Positions 20,028-30,803 of a stretch of 64,000 nt of DNA are shown here, one piece after another. Each line of letters starts with the position of its first letter. Position 1 is the first letter of the stretch. The translations under genes were made by a program, and so were the position numbers. The DNA comes from Candidatus Woesebacteria bacterium GW2011_GWF1_31_35 (lineage in GTDB: Bacteria; Patescibacteriota; Microgenomatia; UBA8517): contig CP011214.1 of assembly GCA_001029755.1 (NCBI GenBank), forward strand, positions 711,258 to 775,257, in the 5' to 3' direction. The notes under the pieces are model-generated. The model worked only from the letters and a program-made list of their open reading frames with translations. It had not been told where the DNA came from and made no database searches.

Positions 20028-20252
20028 TTAATTTATCAATTTTTCTACTTCTCTACGATAAATTGCAGGACATCCATTCTCTCCCAAAGGACAATCTTTA
20101 TTTAATTTGCTTAAATCAAATCTTTTCATTGCAATACTAAAGGCTACATAAACAAAATCATTTCTACCCCCATCTTCTTTTTCAAAGGATATTTTTCCCT
20201 CATCAAACTTCTTCTTTAAAAGACTATATGGACATTTTTCACAAGAAATCAT
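20028..20252 (-). CDS. Small Cys-rich hypothetical protein
   Basis: CEKCP...CPLGENGCP; ATGA overlap with the upstream ORF. Confidence 0.55.
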   Translation of the reverse strand: MISCEKCPYSLLKKKFDEGKISFEKEDGGRNDFVYVAFSIAMKRFDLSKLNKDCPLGENGCPAIYRREVEKLIN

Positions 20253-20452
20253 TTTTCTTTAAATCGGGAACAATTTTTCCTTGTATTACAGTCTTTAGTA
20301 CATTCTCTCGATTTTGTAAATTGCCTAATTCTTACACCACTTGGATAATTTTTGCCTACACCAGTATCATTACAGTCTGTTCCCATACCTTGATATTTAC
20401 ATATTTGAAAATCAATATCATTTGCATTAGTATCTCTATGTATTTCTGGCAT
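20249..20452 (-). CDS. Small Cys-rich hypothetical protein
   Basis: 67 aa with 5 Cys; coupled to the next ORF. Confidence 0.45.
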   Translation of the reverse strand: MPEIHRDTNANDIDFQICKYQGMGTDCNDTGVGKNYPSGVRIRQFTKSRECTKDCNTRKNCSRFKEK

Positions 20453-20545
20453 ATATAATTTATTTGAATTTTACTAAAATAATTAACTTCTCTCAATTCC
20501 CCAAATATTATTTTTTAAACTCTCAGGTCTATTTCTTAGAGGATT

Positions 20546-20692
20546 TTACTGAATTAAACCCTCAGTAATTCTTCTTAAACCCATCTTTTTTGTATCAGAT
20601 TTTCCATTTTCTATACCTTCATTGATTAACATTCTTCCAATACGACATGCTATTTTTGAATGTTCACTTATTTCTAACTCAGATCTCTTCAT
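20546..20692 (-). CDS. 48-aa hypothetical protein, possibly interrupted by a nonsense codon
   Basis: ATG 3 nt after the ftsZ stop (MKRSELEISEHSKIACRIGR...); frame stays open for 20 more codons after TAA. Confidence 0.4.
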   Translation of the reverse strand: MKRSELEISEHSKIACRIGRMLINEGIENGKSDTKKMGLRRITEGLIQ

Positions 20693-20695
20693 AAT

Positions 20696-21868
20696 TTAAT
20701 GAATCTTTCTTAAGAAAGCCGGAATTTCAAACTTTTCTCCAAAACTATCGTCATCTTTAGAATCATTGTCATCATTATCTTCATAATCTCCATTTTTATC
20801 ACTCATATTTCTTTCATCTTCACTTGTTTCTTCATTGTTTTTATTAACTTCTGAAATAACTCCTTGAACAATTGGTTTAATATTAGGCCTCATTTGAGCA
20901 ATTCTACTTCTTGTTTCATCAAACCCTGTTGCAATGACAGTAATCCTTACCTGATCTACTAAATCATCTTTTATAACTGCTCCAAAAATTATATTTGCAT
21001 CTTGATCTGCAGCTGATGAAATTATTTTTGCAGCCTCATCAACTTCAAACATAGTTAAGTCACGTCCTCCAGCAATATTAAATAAAACCCCTCTTGCTCC
21101 TTCAATAGAAAGATCTAAAAGTGGAGAACTAACTGCGGCACGTGCTGCCATTTGAGCCCTATTTTCACCAACTCCAGTTCCAATACCTAAAAGTGCTGTA
21201 CCCGCTGAATTCATGATAGTTTTAACGTCAGCAAAATCAACATTAACAAGTCCTGGAGTAGTAATTATTTCAGCAATTCCACCAACACCTTGTTCCAATA
21301 CTGAATCAACAACCTTAAAAGCATCAACTAAAGACATCTTTCTATCAATAACATCCATTAACCTTTGATTTGGAATAACAATTAATGTATCAACTGCTTC
21401 TCTTAACTTTTCAATACCATCTTCAGCAGTTACTGTTCTTCTTGTTCCTTCAAAAGCAAAAGGCTTGGTAACAATTCCAACTGTTAAGGCTCCGGATTCT
21501 CTAGCAAGTTTTGCAATAACAGGAGCAGCTCCAGTTCCGGTTCCTCCACCCATTCCAGCTGTAACAAAAACCATATCAGTATCAATCATTAATTCTTTTA
21601 GTTTTTCCAATGATTCTTCAGCAGCTTGAGCTCCAATTTCAGGATTTCCACCAACACCCAATCCTTTAGTTATTTTTTCACCAATTTGAATTTTAGTTGG
21701 AGCCTTGTTGGCAAGAAGAACTTGCGCATCAGTATTTACTGCAATAAATTCAACTCCGGAAATTGCACCATTTTCAACCATTGAAGAGACTGCGTTTCCA
21801 CCACCGCCACCAACTCCAATTACTTTTATTTTTGCAAGTCTTGCAGAATCAGGTTTTACTAAAGCCAT
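20696..21868 (-). CDS. ftsZ: Cell division protein FtsZ
   Basis: [17 protein letters not shown] tubulin motif, NVDFAD, C-terminal EIPAFLR. Confidence 0.99.
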   Translation of the reverse strand: MALVKPDSARLAKIKVIGVGGGGGNAVSSMVENGAISGVEFIAVNTDAQVLLANKAPTKIQIGEKITKGLGVGGNPEIGAQAAEESLEKLKELMIDTDMVFVTAGMGGGTGTGAAPVIAKLARESGALTVGIVTKPFAFEGTRRTVTAEDGIEKLREAVDTLIVIPNQRLMDVIDRKMSLVDAFKVVDSVLEQGVGGIAEIITTPGLVNVDFADVKTIMNSAGTALLGIGTGVGENRAQMAARAAVSSPLLDLSIEGARGVLFNIAGGRDLTMFEVDEAAKIISSAADQDANIIFGAVIKDDLVDQVRITVIATGFDETRSRIAQMRPNIKPIVQGVISEVNKNNEETSEDERNMSDKNGDYEDNDDNDSKDDDSFGEKFEIPAFLRKIH

Positions 21869-21907
21869 ATTAAATTTAAAAATTACTGAGGCAGGTTAAC
21901 TATTGGC

Positions 21908-21935
21908 ATTATATCGACTTTCAACATAATGTCAA
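21908..21935 (-). promoter_or_regulatory. Internal sigma70 promoter for ftsZ
   Basis: Consensus TTGACA-16 bp-TATAAT in the ftsA-ftsZ gap. Confidence 0.75.
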
Positions 21936-21951
21936 AGCCTATAAAAATTTG

Positions 21952-23214
21952 TTAAGGCAGAAGATCTTTTATAGATTCAACTATCTTATTAAAAAGTCCC
22001 TTTCCAGGTAAACTAATCTTCATTGGAAACTTTTTTCCTGACTCACCAATTTCTTGTTTTGAACCATAGATTAAAAGTCCAATTGGAACAGAAAAAGATG
22101 GATCTAAACAATCATCAATTAAACCTGAAATCCCAGATGGAGCACCTAATCTTGTAGGAAGAGTAAGCATTCTTTTGGCACAATCAATAATCCCAATAGT
22201 TTTTGCTCCACCACCGGTAATAATTGCCCCTGATGGAATTCTGTTTATTATTTTTTCTCTTTCAAGTTCAAGTCTTACCATTGTAAAGATTTCGTTTAAC
22301 CTAGGTCTTATTATTCCTTCAACCAATGTTTTTTTAGAGACTTTACTTACTTCAGAAATTCCCAAATTTTGAAGATCTAGTTCATCTTTATTTTCTTTAT
22401 CATTTTTATTTATTTCGGATAATGAAAGTTTTATCTTTTCAGCACTTTCTAACGAAACCCTTAAGCCAATTGCAATATCGTTAGTTACATTTTTTGCTCC
22501 AACCGGAATAACTCCAGAATAGGATAATGCTCCATCAACGAAGGCTACAACTGAAGTAGTACCAGCTCCAATATCAATTAAAACACAACCTAATTCTTTC
22601 TCTGTTTCAGTAAGACTTGAATATGAAGCAGCCAGCCCTGAAAAAACTAAATCAGATATTTTGATACCAGCCTCTTGAAGCGCTTTTGAAAGATTTTTAA
22701 CTGCAGCGTTTGACGCTGTCACAACATGTGTTTCAACCTCAAGCCTAACTCCACTCATACCAATTGGGTCTTTAACACCCGATTCTCCATCAACAATAAA
22801 TTCGCGGGGTAGAACATGCACAACTTCTCTTGATGCAGGAAGTGATATCGCCGACGCTGCTTCAATTACACGATCGACATCAGAAATCGAAATTTCTCCT
22901 GTTGGACCTGAAACTGCTACAACACCATGTGAATTTTGAGAATGGATATGTGCACCACCTAAAGCTATAAATGCTTCCGATAAATTGTGTCCTGCCATTC
23001 TTTCTGCAGCTTCTATAGAGGAAATTGCCGATTCAACAGATTCTTCGATATTAACAATTTGACCTTTTTTGACACCCTTTGATTCAACTGAAGCAACTCC
23101 AATAATATTTATGGTTTCTTCAAAAGTAGCCTCATCTATTGAAACCTGAGCAACAACTGTTGAAGTCTTTGAGCTTCCAATTTCAATTCCAGCTATAATT
23201 TTACTTTTATTCAT
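21952..23214 (-). CDS. ftsA: Cell division protein FtsA
   Basis: EIGSSK, DPIGMSGVRLE, DIGAGTT, VTNDIA, ITGGG. Confidence 0.97.
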   Translation of the reverse strand: MNKSKIIAGIEIGSSKTSTVVAQVSIDEATFEETINIIGVASVESKGVKKGQIVNIEESVESAISSIEAAERMAGHNLSEAFIALGGAHIHSQNSHGVVAVSGPTGEISISDVDRVIEAASAISLPASREVVHVLPREFIVDGESGVKDPIGMSGVRLEVETHVVTASNAAVKNLSKALQEAGIKISDLVFSGLAASYSSLTETEKELGCVLIDIGAGTTSVVAFVDGALSYSGVIPVGAKNVTNDIAIGLRVSLESAEKIKLSLSEINKNDKENKDELDLQNLGISEVSKVSKKTLVEGIIRPRLNEIFTMVRLELEREKIINRIPSGAIITGGGAKTIGIIDCAKRMLTLPTRLGAPSGISGLIDDCLDPSFSVPIGLLIYGSKQEIGESGKKFPMKISLPGKGLFNKIVESIKDLLP

Positions 23215-23221
23215 AATTAGT

Positions 23222-23941
23222 CTATCTTAATACGGGATTTTTAAAACGCAAATCTATTTCTTTGATATCTTCCATTCTAATTCCTTGTGAACCATCATTC
23301 AAGCGTGAAAATATAAGTCTTAATCCGCCAACTAAACTATCCACATCACCCTCTAACGGAAAACGAACTAAAACACCCTCTTTTAATGTTAGTTTTAATT
23401 CTTCTTTTTCAATAATTCCTTCCTTAACAGAATAAAGCCATGCTACTTTTTCAACAATCTCTAAAGAAAATTTATCTTTTTTATTAATATTTTCCCCAAG
23501 CTTTATATCTACTCTACTTTTAACTATTGTTGGTAAATTAGACTCTTCAGTAATTTCTAAAACAGTTTCATCTTCATCGATTAGATAAAATTTACTACTT
23601 AAACTATCTTTAATTGTATATTTTGGTTTTTTTAAATTTAACTCAATTATTAATTTACTAGGGAATCGATACTGCATTGAAAAATCTCGAATTAAATAAC
23701 TTTCTACCAAAACTTTTGTAACTTCTTTTTTTACTTTTTTATAATCCTTTTGTTCAAAAGTTTTTAATTTAGTTTCAATATCAAAAGGACAAGCATCATA
23801 TTGACTTGAGCATTCTATTTTATTAATTTTAATTAATTTTTGAATCAAAATTGGAATAAATATAATAAATAATAAAATTAATACGATTGAAAGAATTTTA
23901 AAAATATTTAAACTACGTTTATTAGCTTTTCTTTTTACCAC
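23222..23941 (-). CDS. ftsQ: FtsQ/DivIB-like cell division protein
   Basis: Basic N-terminus plus TM, FP..L.I, terminal IDLRF; upstream of ftsA. GTG 23941 (6 nt after TATAAT) preferred. Confidence 0.7.
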   Translation of the reverse strand: MVKRKANKRSLNIFKILSIVLILLFIIFIPILIQKLIKINKIECSSQYDACPFDIETKLKTFEQKDYKKVKKEVTKVLVESYLIRDFSMQYRFPSKLIIELNLKKPKYTIKDSLSSKFYLIDEDETVLEITEESNLPTIVKSRVDIKLGENINKKDKFSLEIVEKVAWLYSVKEGIIEKEELKLTLKEGVLVRFPLEGDVDSLVGGLRLIFSRLNDGSQGIRMEDIKEIDLRFKNPVLR

Positions 23942-24008
23942 AAATTTATTATACATTAGATACAAATAGTAAATAATTTTAATTTGTATTTGAGGTATAA
24001 TTATCAAA

Positions 24009-24449
24009 ATGTCAAACGAAAGATTTACTTTACGAGCAGCAGTTTATTTGATACTTCTAAAGGAAGATAAAATATTGCTTTCACGAAGATACAACACAGG
24101 TTGGATGGATGGAAAATATAGTTTGATAGCAGGACACATTGATGGAAATGAATCTGTTGACAAGGCCATGATAAGAGAGTCATGGGAAGAGGCTGGTATT
24201 AAAATTGTCAAAAAAGATTTAAAACCAGCAACAGTACTTCATAGAAAATCATCGGATCAAGAATACATGGATTTCTTTTTTGTTACAAAACAATGGACTG
24301 GTAGACCTACAATTAAAGAGCCTAATAAATGTGATGATATGGATTGGTTTCCACTAAATAATCTCCCTAATAATCTACTCCCCCATATTTTGGAAGCTAT
24401 TAAAAATTATCAAAACAAAACCCCTTTTTCAGAGAGTGGATGGGATTAA
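24009..24449 (+). CDS. NUDIX hydrolase
   Basis: Nudix box GHIDGNES...IRESWEEAG; EPNKCD..DWF. Confidence 0.9.
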   Translation: MSNERFTLRAAVYLILLKEDKILLSRRYNTGWMDGKYSLIAGHIDGNESVDKAMIRESWEEAGIKIVKKDLKPATVLHRKSSDQEYMDFFFVTKQWTGRPTIKEPNKCDDMDWFPLNNLPNNLLPHILEAIKNYQNKTPFSESGWD

Positions 24450-25525
24450 ATATAATCTTCGATTAAATCCACGAGATTTTTAGAAGCAAAAACATCTGGG
24501 CTTACTAAATTAATAGTATTTTTAATAATCTCGGGATAATCACTAATTAACTTACTTATTTCTTCTTCCAATTTTTCTGGTGTCAATTTATCTTGTTGTA
24601 ATATTCTGGCTAAACCCAAACTCTCCATATATTTTGCATTTTCTGTCTGTTCATTATGATAGCTCCAGGGAATTGGAACTAAGATAGAAGGCCTTTTTAA
24701 GGCAATTAATTCTGAAACTGTGTTTGCTCCTGCTCTTGAGATAACTATGTCCGATTTTTCTAATATTGAAAACCATTCAGACGGTTCGGCTTGTCCAATA
24801 TGTAAATATTTTTCATTTACAATTTCTTTAAATTTATTAAAATCTTCATTTCCTGTCTGGTGAATTACAAAATACTTATTCAAAAGACTTTCTAAAATTG
24901 GTTTGACTGCGTTATTAAGCCAAGAAGAACCACGAGAACCACCGGTTATTAAAATTGTTTTAACTTCGAGACTATTAGTTTTTTTTGAAATTTCCAAGAT
25001 ATTTTTATTTATTGGATTCCCAGTTAAAATTAATTTCTCTTTAGGAAAATACTCTTCGCTTGTTTTTCTTGAGATAGCAACTTTTTTAGCAAATTTTGAT
25101 GAAAATATATTAGCCCTACCAGCTGAAGATGTCTGTTCGTGAACAATGACAGGAATTTTTAAAACCCAAGACCAAAATGAGACCAATGATCCAGAAGATC
25201 CCCCTAAAGAAAGCGTTAGATCTGGTTTTATTTTGATAATCAAAAATAAGCTTTGGACAAAACCAAAAGGAATTTTTAATAAAGCTAAAATAGTGTATCT
25301 AGTAAACCTATTTTCTATTTTTCCAGATATTAAATTATAAAATTTGACACCCAGTTTAGGTAAAACTTTATACTCTAAAGATTCAAGTTTATTTCGTTCT
25401 CCTGCATGTTTTCTGCCTACCCAATAAATATCCCAATCTAAATTTCTAGTTTTAATTTCTTCTACAATTGAAAGTCCCGTGGTAGCACCATGACTACCTG
25501 CGAGAAGTAATTTTTTTAGTTTCAT
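24446..25525 (-). CDS. murG: MurG glycosyltransferase
   Basis: HEQ, GRAN, TGNP, TGGSRGS, SRAGANTVSE, EQ.ENA. Confidence 0.93.
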   Translation of the reverse strand: MKLKKLLLAGSHGATTGLSIVEEIKTRNLDWDIYWVGRKHAGERNKLESLEYKVLPKLGVKFYNLISGKIENRFTRYTILALLKIPFGFVQSLFLIIKIKPDLTLSLGGSSGSLVSFWSWVLKIPVIVHEQTSSAGRANIFSSKFAKKVAISRKTSEEYFPKEKLILTGNPINKNILEISKKTNSLEVKTILITGGSRGSSWLNNAVKPILESLLNKYFVIHQTGNEDFNKFKEIVNEKYLHIGQAEPSEWFSILEKSDIVISRAGANTVSELIALKRPSILVPIPWSYHNEQTENAKYMESLGLARILQQDKLTPEKLEEEISKLISDYPEIIKNTINLVSPDVFASKNLVDLIEDYI

Positions 25526-26606
25526 ACTTACTTATATTTAATAGTATACCGCAAGACGCTAAAATCATTAAAAGAGAAGTACCACCATATGAGAAAAATG
25601 GTAAAGGAATTCCAGTTAGAGGGGTTAGTGCTGTCATTGAAGAAACGTTTAATAGAATTTGTCCACCAATCCAAGCTGTGATACCAATTGCAAGTATTTT
25701 TGAAAATTGATCAGGTGCACGAGATGCGATTCTAAATGCCTTAAAAACAAAAAAAACAAAAATCGCAATTAAAAGTATTGAACCTATAAAGCCGATTTCT
25801 TCGGAAATTGCTGCAAAAATGGAATCTGTTGCAGCTTCGGGTAAAAACAAATATTTTTGACGTGATTGACCAATTCCAAGACCGAAAAGACCCCCTGATC
25901 CCAATGCAAGTAAAATCTGTCTAATATGATAATCTTTTCCCAAAGGATCTGATGTAACTTTTAAAAAAGTTAATAATCTATCTCTCCTATATGGAGAGGA
26001 AAGAATTAAAGCTCCTACTGAAATTAATCCAATAACTAAAGATCCAAAAAAATATAGAACTGGAACGCCTGCAACAAAAATTTGAGTGATTCCAATAATT
26101 CCAACAACTAAAGTAGTACCTAAATCAGGTTGTAACATAATTAATCCACAGGAAATCGCTAAAGGTATAAAGTAAGAAATTGGTTTTTTAGAAGATTCTG
26201 AGACTCTAGCTAAATATAGCGCTAAGGTGAGTTTTACAATTTCGGAAGGTTGAAAATTAATAAATCCTATTGATATCCAACGTCTGGCTCCAAGTGCTTT
26301 TAAACTTAAGCCGGGGATTAAAACAATCATTAATAAAAATATAGAAATAAAAAATAAAGGGATTGCCAATTTTCTCCAAAAACTATAGTGAATTTTTGAA
26401 GTAATAAGTAATGCAATGATTCCAATTCCTGCCCAAACTATTTGTTGTTTAAAAAAATAGAACTTATCATTAAAAAAATTTAAGGCTTGCGGAGCTGAAA
26501 TATCAGCCACAAAAACAAGACCTAAAATAACTAATGTAATAATTGTATAAAATAACGTTTTATCAAAAGGAAGCTTTGGTTTTTGAAGTGTAAATTTTCT
26601 TCGCAT
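25494..26606 (-). CDS. ftsW: FtsW (SEDS)
   Basis: GARRWI, QPSE, LQPDLGT, SRQKYLFLPEA.TD, position in dcw. Confidence 0.93.
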   Translation of the reverse strand: MRRKFTLQKPKLPFDKTLFYTIITLVILGLVFVADISAPQALNFFNDKFYFFKQQIVWAGIGIIALLITSKIHYSFWRKLAIPLFFISIFLLMIVLIPGLSLKALGARRWISIGFINFQPSEIVKLTLALYLARVSESSKKPISYFIPLAISCGLIMLQPDLGTTLVVGIIGITQIFVAGVPVLYFFGSLVIGLISVGALILSSPYRRDRLLTFLKVTSDPLGKDYHIRQILLALGSGGLFGLGIGQSRQKYLFLPEAATDSIFAAISEEIGFIGSILLIAIFVFFVFKAFRIASRAPDQFSKILAIGITAWIGGQILLNVSSMTALTPLTGIPLPFFSYGGTSLLMILASCGILLNISKYETKKITSRR

Positions 26607-26619
26607 TTTTATTAATACG

Positions 26620-27675
26620 TTAAATTGTAGCTAACCAGAGTCCAAAAATAGCTAAAACAATACCTGCAAGCCAGGCTCTCATTACAATTTTAGGTTCTTC
26701 CCAACCAATTGCTAAAAATGTGTGATGAATAGGAGCTAACTTAAAAATTGGTTTCTTTAAAATTTTCCAACCTAATATTTGAATTGCTGATGAAGTTATT
26801 TCTAATACAAATATTCCTCCAATCACAACTAAAGCTATAATACTACCTGTTAATAAGCCTACAACAGCAAGGGTGGCCCCAAATGAAAGTGCACCACTAT
26901 CCCCTAGCCAAATTCTTGCAGGATAAGTATTAAAGTATAAAAATGCAATTAAAGCGCCAATCCAAAGGGCAATAAAAAGAGAAAGTGGAGTATCTAAACT
27001 CCCTGCAGCTATTACTCCAAAAGCAATTAAACAAATCATCAAAAGACCAGGCGCTAACCCATCCAATCCATCTGTAATATTAAATGCATTTGTGAAAGAA
27101 ACTATTACAAACGCAGCAAACGGAACATACCAAATCCCTAGATCAAGTGTTCTTCCTATTATTGGAATATGTAATATATTAACTCCAAGAGACTTATACA
27201 TAACAAAAGAAATTATTCCAGCTAAAACCCATTGGGCAATAAATTTTTGTCTTCTGGTTAAACCAAAAGCTAAGCCTAAAACTCCCTTTGTGGGCTTTCC
27301 TAACATTTTTATATAATCATCAAGAAGCCCTAATAGTCCAAATGAAATAAAAGTAAAGAAAATAATAAAAAGTTCGATTCTTAAATTATATGCAGTCTGA
27401 ACAATAACTCCTAGATATGAACTAATTGGAAATAAAATTGCAAAAAGGAGAGTAACAACTAGAATAATTAAGACTCCTCCACCTACAGGAGTTCCTGCTT
27501 TAATGTCATGCAATTTATCAAAAAGTGGAATTTTCCCATCTCTAGGAGCCTCTTTTTTTCTAGTAAATTTAATTTTATAAAGAAAGTCAATAAAAGGAAC
27601 AACTAATGTAGAAGTTATCAAAAATGAAAAAAGAATAAGTCCCAAGGCAAGTGGTAAAAAGTTATTTGTACCCAT
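26620..27675 (-). CDS. mraY: Phospho-MurNAc-pentapeptide translocase
   Basis: KAGTP.GGG, GLLDD, N.TDGLDGL, GDSG, APIHH. Confidence 0.95.
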   Translation of the reverse strand: MGTNNFLPLALGLILFSFLITSTLVVPFIDFLYKIKFTRKKEAPRDGKIPLFDKLHDIKAGTPVGGGVLIILVVTLLFAILFPISSYLGVIVQTAYNLRIELFIIFFTFISFGLLGLLDDYIKMLGKPTKGVLGLAFGLTRRQKFIAQWVLAGIISFVMYKSLGVNILHIPIIGRTLDLGIWYVPFAAFVIVSFTNAFNITDGLDGLAPGLLMICLIAFGVIAAGSLDTPLSLFIALWIGALIAFLYFNTYPARIWLGDSGALSFGATLAVVGLLTGSIIALVVIGGIFVLEITSSAIQILGWKILKKPIFKLAPIHHTFLAIGWEEPKIVMRAWLAGIVLAIFGLWLATI

Positions 27676-27687
27676 ACTGTATGAAAA

Positions 27688-28794
27688 TTATACCAGCTTA
27701 TCTATAAGCTTGTCTAAACCAATTGATCTTGAACCTTTAATTAATACATAAGTATCTTTTGAAAGAAGAGGTAAAAGGATTGATAGTACTTCCTTCTGGT
27801 CGTTAACTAAAAAGGTTTTACTTTTTGATTTTTTTACCTCATCTATTAAATACCTTGAAAGAATACCAACTCCTATCACTACATCAAATTTTGACTTTGA
27901 AACTTCTTTACCCACTCTTCTATGTTCCCCTTCTTCTAACTTTCCAAGTTCCAACATATCTCCCAAAACTGCAATCTTTTTATTATTTCCTGCTAATTTA
28001 TTAAAAACCCTTAAGGTAGAAAGAGTAGCTTCTGGATTACTATTATATGAATCGTCTAAAATGATAGCACCAGATTGATGTTGAAATTGAAATAATCTAT
28101 GTTTTGGATTTTGATAAGTTTTCAATCCTTTATCTATTAAATCATTTGATACTTTTAATATCTCTGCAACCTTTTTTGCCGTATTTGAATTTTGTATAGT
28201 TGGATCTACATTAGTATCAAAATAATAAACCTTTGATTTAGCTAATTTAGCCATATCTTTAGTTAATATATTTGAAGAATTTAACACTGCAAAACCATTT
28301 TCAGGTAAACTTGAAATTAATTTTCCTTTTTCTCCAGCCACTCCTTTTTCGTCACCAAAAAACTCTGTGTGGGTTGGAAAAACATTAGTAACAACTCCAA
28401 TTATTGGTCTAACCAACCAAAGATAAAAATCCATTTCATGAGGATATTCAACTCCCATTTCTAAAATTAGATATTTTGTATCTATGAAACATTTTAGAAT
28501 TGTAGATGGAATATTAAATACTGAATCAATATTTTCTTTTGACCAAACAGTATTTCCTTTAAGTTTTAAAATCCCTGCAAGCATTTCTTTGGTGGTGGTT
28601 TTTCCTGCGCTACCTGTAATACCAATAACTGTTAGACCAAAATAATTTTGCAAAATATATACATATAACTTGGCAATTCTTCTTTTGATTGGATGAAAAA
28701 ACAAATCTAGAATTACATTTTTTAGTCCAGATTTTAACCTTAGATGAACGAATGGGAGGTGTGGTCCAACCAATGATTGAAAATATTTTTTCAT
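27688..28794 (-). CDS. murF: MurF ligase (compact)
   Basis: GITGSAGKTTTKE, LEMG, DDSYNSNP, LGDMLELG, KGSR. Confidence 0.92.
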   Translation of the reverse strand: MKKYFQSLVGPHLPFVHLRLKSGLKNVILDLFFHPIKRRIAKLYVYILQNYFGLTVIGITGSAGKTTTKEMLAGILKLKGNTVWSKENIDSVFNIPSTILKCFIDTKYLILEMGVEYPHEMDFYLWLVRPIIGVVTNVFPTHTEFFGDEKGVAGEKGKLISSLPENGFAVLNSSNILTKDMAKLAKSKVYYFDTNVDPTIQNSNTAKKVAEILKVSNDLIDKGLKTYQNPKHRLFQFQHQSGAIILDDSYNSNPEATLSTLRVFNKLAGNNKKIAVLGDMLELGKLEEGEHRRVGKEVSKSKFDVVIGVGILSRYLIDEVKKSKSKTFLVNDQKEVLSILLPLLSKDTYVLIKGSRSIGLDKLIDKLV

Positions 28795-28806
28795 TTTGTT
28801 TATATA

Positions 28807-29574
28807 TTATAGCTCTACTCTTTCAATTTTTTTTGATATATCTTGTCCTAAAAATAGGGCTGCTGTTTTGACAAATCTTTCATTTACATCAGTTAAAAAA
28901 TATATATCACTACCTACTTTATCATTAATATTTCTATCTGATTTTATTACATATTCATAAATAACTTTTGAAATCTCTTCAGCTGGATCAACCAATTTAA
29001 TTTTTTCTCCTAAATATCTTTTTATCTGATTTTTAATAAGTGGATAGTGGGTACAACCTAAAATTAATGTATCTATTTTTCCTTTAAAAACTAAAAAGTA
29101 CCTATCAATAAATAAATTAATTTCAGGTCCTTCTATAAATCCTTCTTCAATAAGTGGAACCAACATTGATGCATGAGCTCGAAGAGAAACTTCTTTATAT
29201 GAGCTACTATTAATAGTAGCTCTTGTGCCAACAACACCAATTTTTCCGGATTTTGTAACCTCTAAAGCTTTTTTAATTGCTGGGTCAATAACACCAAAAA
29301 CCGGTACGTTAGAATTCTTCTTTACAATATCTAATGCAAGTGAAGAAACAGTGTTACAAGCAACAACAATACAAGAAACATTTTTTGATAGTAAAAATAA
29401 AGTGTCTTCCTTTGCAAACTTTTCAATTGTTTCTTTACTTCTGGTTCCATATGGAACCCTCGCGGTATCTCCTAAATAAATTAAACTTACATTTGGTAGA
29501 AGTTTTTTGATTTCTTTTACAACTGTTAGACCACCAAGACCTGAATCAAATACTCCAATTATGAAAGGTTCCAC
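28807..29574 (-). CDS. murI: Glutamate racemase
   Basis: FDSGLGG, PYG, ACNT, LGCTHY. Confidence 0.96.
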   Translation of the reverse strand: MEPFIIGVFDSGLGGLTVVKEIKKLLPNVSLIYLGDTARVPYGTRSKETIEKFAKEDTLFLLSKNVSCIVVACNTVSSLALDIVKKNSNVPVFGVIDPAIKKALEVTKSGKIGVVGTRATINSSSYKEVSLRAHASMLVPLIEEGFIEGPEINLFIDRYFLVFKGKIDTLILGCTHYPLIKNQIKRYLGEKIKLVDPAEEISKVIYEYVIKSDRNINDKVGSDIYFLTDVNERFVKTAALFLGQDISKKIERVEL

Positions 29575-30803
29575 ACTGCCTCCTTAAATTTATTTCCTCT
29601 ATCTTTATAATTTAAAAACATATCGAAAGAAGCTGCAGCAGGAGACAAAATTACTACACCATCTTTTTGTGTTATTCCAAATGCTTTTTCAACAATTTTA
29701 TCAATACTAGAAGTTCCCAAATCTATAATCTTTCCTTTAAATTTAGCATCAACAAGAGCTTTTTTAATTTGATTTCGAATTAGACCAATAAGGATAATAT
29801 TTTTGCAATTTTTTCTTTTTGAAATAATCTTGCCTAATTCTAGGTAATCTAAACCTTTATCAGACCCTCCTAATATTAATGTTTCATCCTCAGTAAATGA
29901 ATTAATAGCTGCAATAGTTGATTGTGGTCCTGTTGCGAAAGAATCATTATAAAATTTAATATCTTTAAACTTTCTAACAAATTCCAATCTATGTTCTAAA
30001 CCTTTAAAATTTTTAACTACTTCAAGGATTATTTTTTCATTAATATTTAAAACTTTAGAAACTGAAACTGCTGCTGCTATATTTTCTAAATTATGTTCTC
30101 CTCTTAAGATTAAATCTTTTTTAAATTCATTTTTTAATGTCTTTTTGGAAAAATACATAATATTTGCCTTTGTTTTTCTTGCAAAACTAGAAGAGACTTT
30201 ATATTCCTTATTTATAATTGCCCAATCTGAAGTATTTTGATATTTAACAATATTTTTCTTAGCTTCTATATATTCTTCTTTACTTTCATGCCAATCTAAA
30301 TGATCTAAAGTAATATTTAAAATAACTGCGATATCAGGACTAACCGGAAGATCAATTAATTGAAATGAGGATATTTCCATAACAACATAAGAACTACTTT
30401 TCAATTTAGGAAGTAATTCTAAAAGAGGTTTACCAATGTTTCCTCCCAAAAATACATCAAACTTTGCTTTTTTAAGTATTTCATAAATTAAGGTAGAAGT
30501 TGTTCCTTTGCCTTTTGTACCGGTAACTGCAATAACTTTTCCATTAAATTCATCAAAGAAAATATGTGTTGGAGTAGTTATTCTAATTCCATTTTCATGA
30601 ACTTTAATTAATTCCTTTTTATAAGGATAAATACCAGGCGAGCGAACTATTAAATCAAACTTTTCTAAGTTTGATAAATAATTTTTATCAAATTTTTGAT
30701 CTAATATAGTAACATAGCTTCCTTTATCTTTTAAGAATTTTTCACAATCTTGTCCTTCAAGACCATATCCAATTATTGCAACTTTTTTATCTTTATAATT
30801 CAT
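29559..30803 (-). CDS. murD: MurD ligase
   Basis: RSPGI, TGTKGKGTT, GGNIG, EISSFQL, DHLDWH, HRLE, NDS, SPAAASFD. Confidence 0.95.
   Translation of the reverse strand: MNYKDKKVAIIGYGLEGQDCEKFLKDKGSYVTILDQKFDKNYLSNLEKFDLIVRSPGIYPYKKELIKVHENGIRITTPTHIFFDEFNGKVIAVTGTKGKGTTSTLIYEILKKAKFDVFLGGNIGKPLLELLPKLKSSSYVVMEISSFQLIDLPVSPDIAVILNITLDHLDWHESKEEYIEAKKNIVKYQNTSDWAIINKEYKVSSSFARKTKANIMYFSKKTLKNEFKKDLILRGEHNLENIAAAVSVSKVLNINEKIILEVVKNFKGLEHRLEFVRKFKDIKFYNDSFATGPQSTIAAINSFTEDETLILGGSDKGLDYLELGKIISKRKNCKNIILIGLIRNQIKKALVDAKFKGKIIDLGTSSIDKIVEKAFGITQKDGVVILSPAAASFDMFLNYKDRGNKFKEAVWNLS

Noticed and set aside
21890-21895. CCTGCC shared by the ftsZ and mraZ leaders
   Set aside because: Only a 6-mer seen twice with no supporting structure; too weak to claim.
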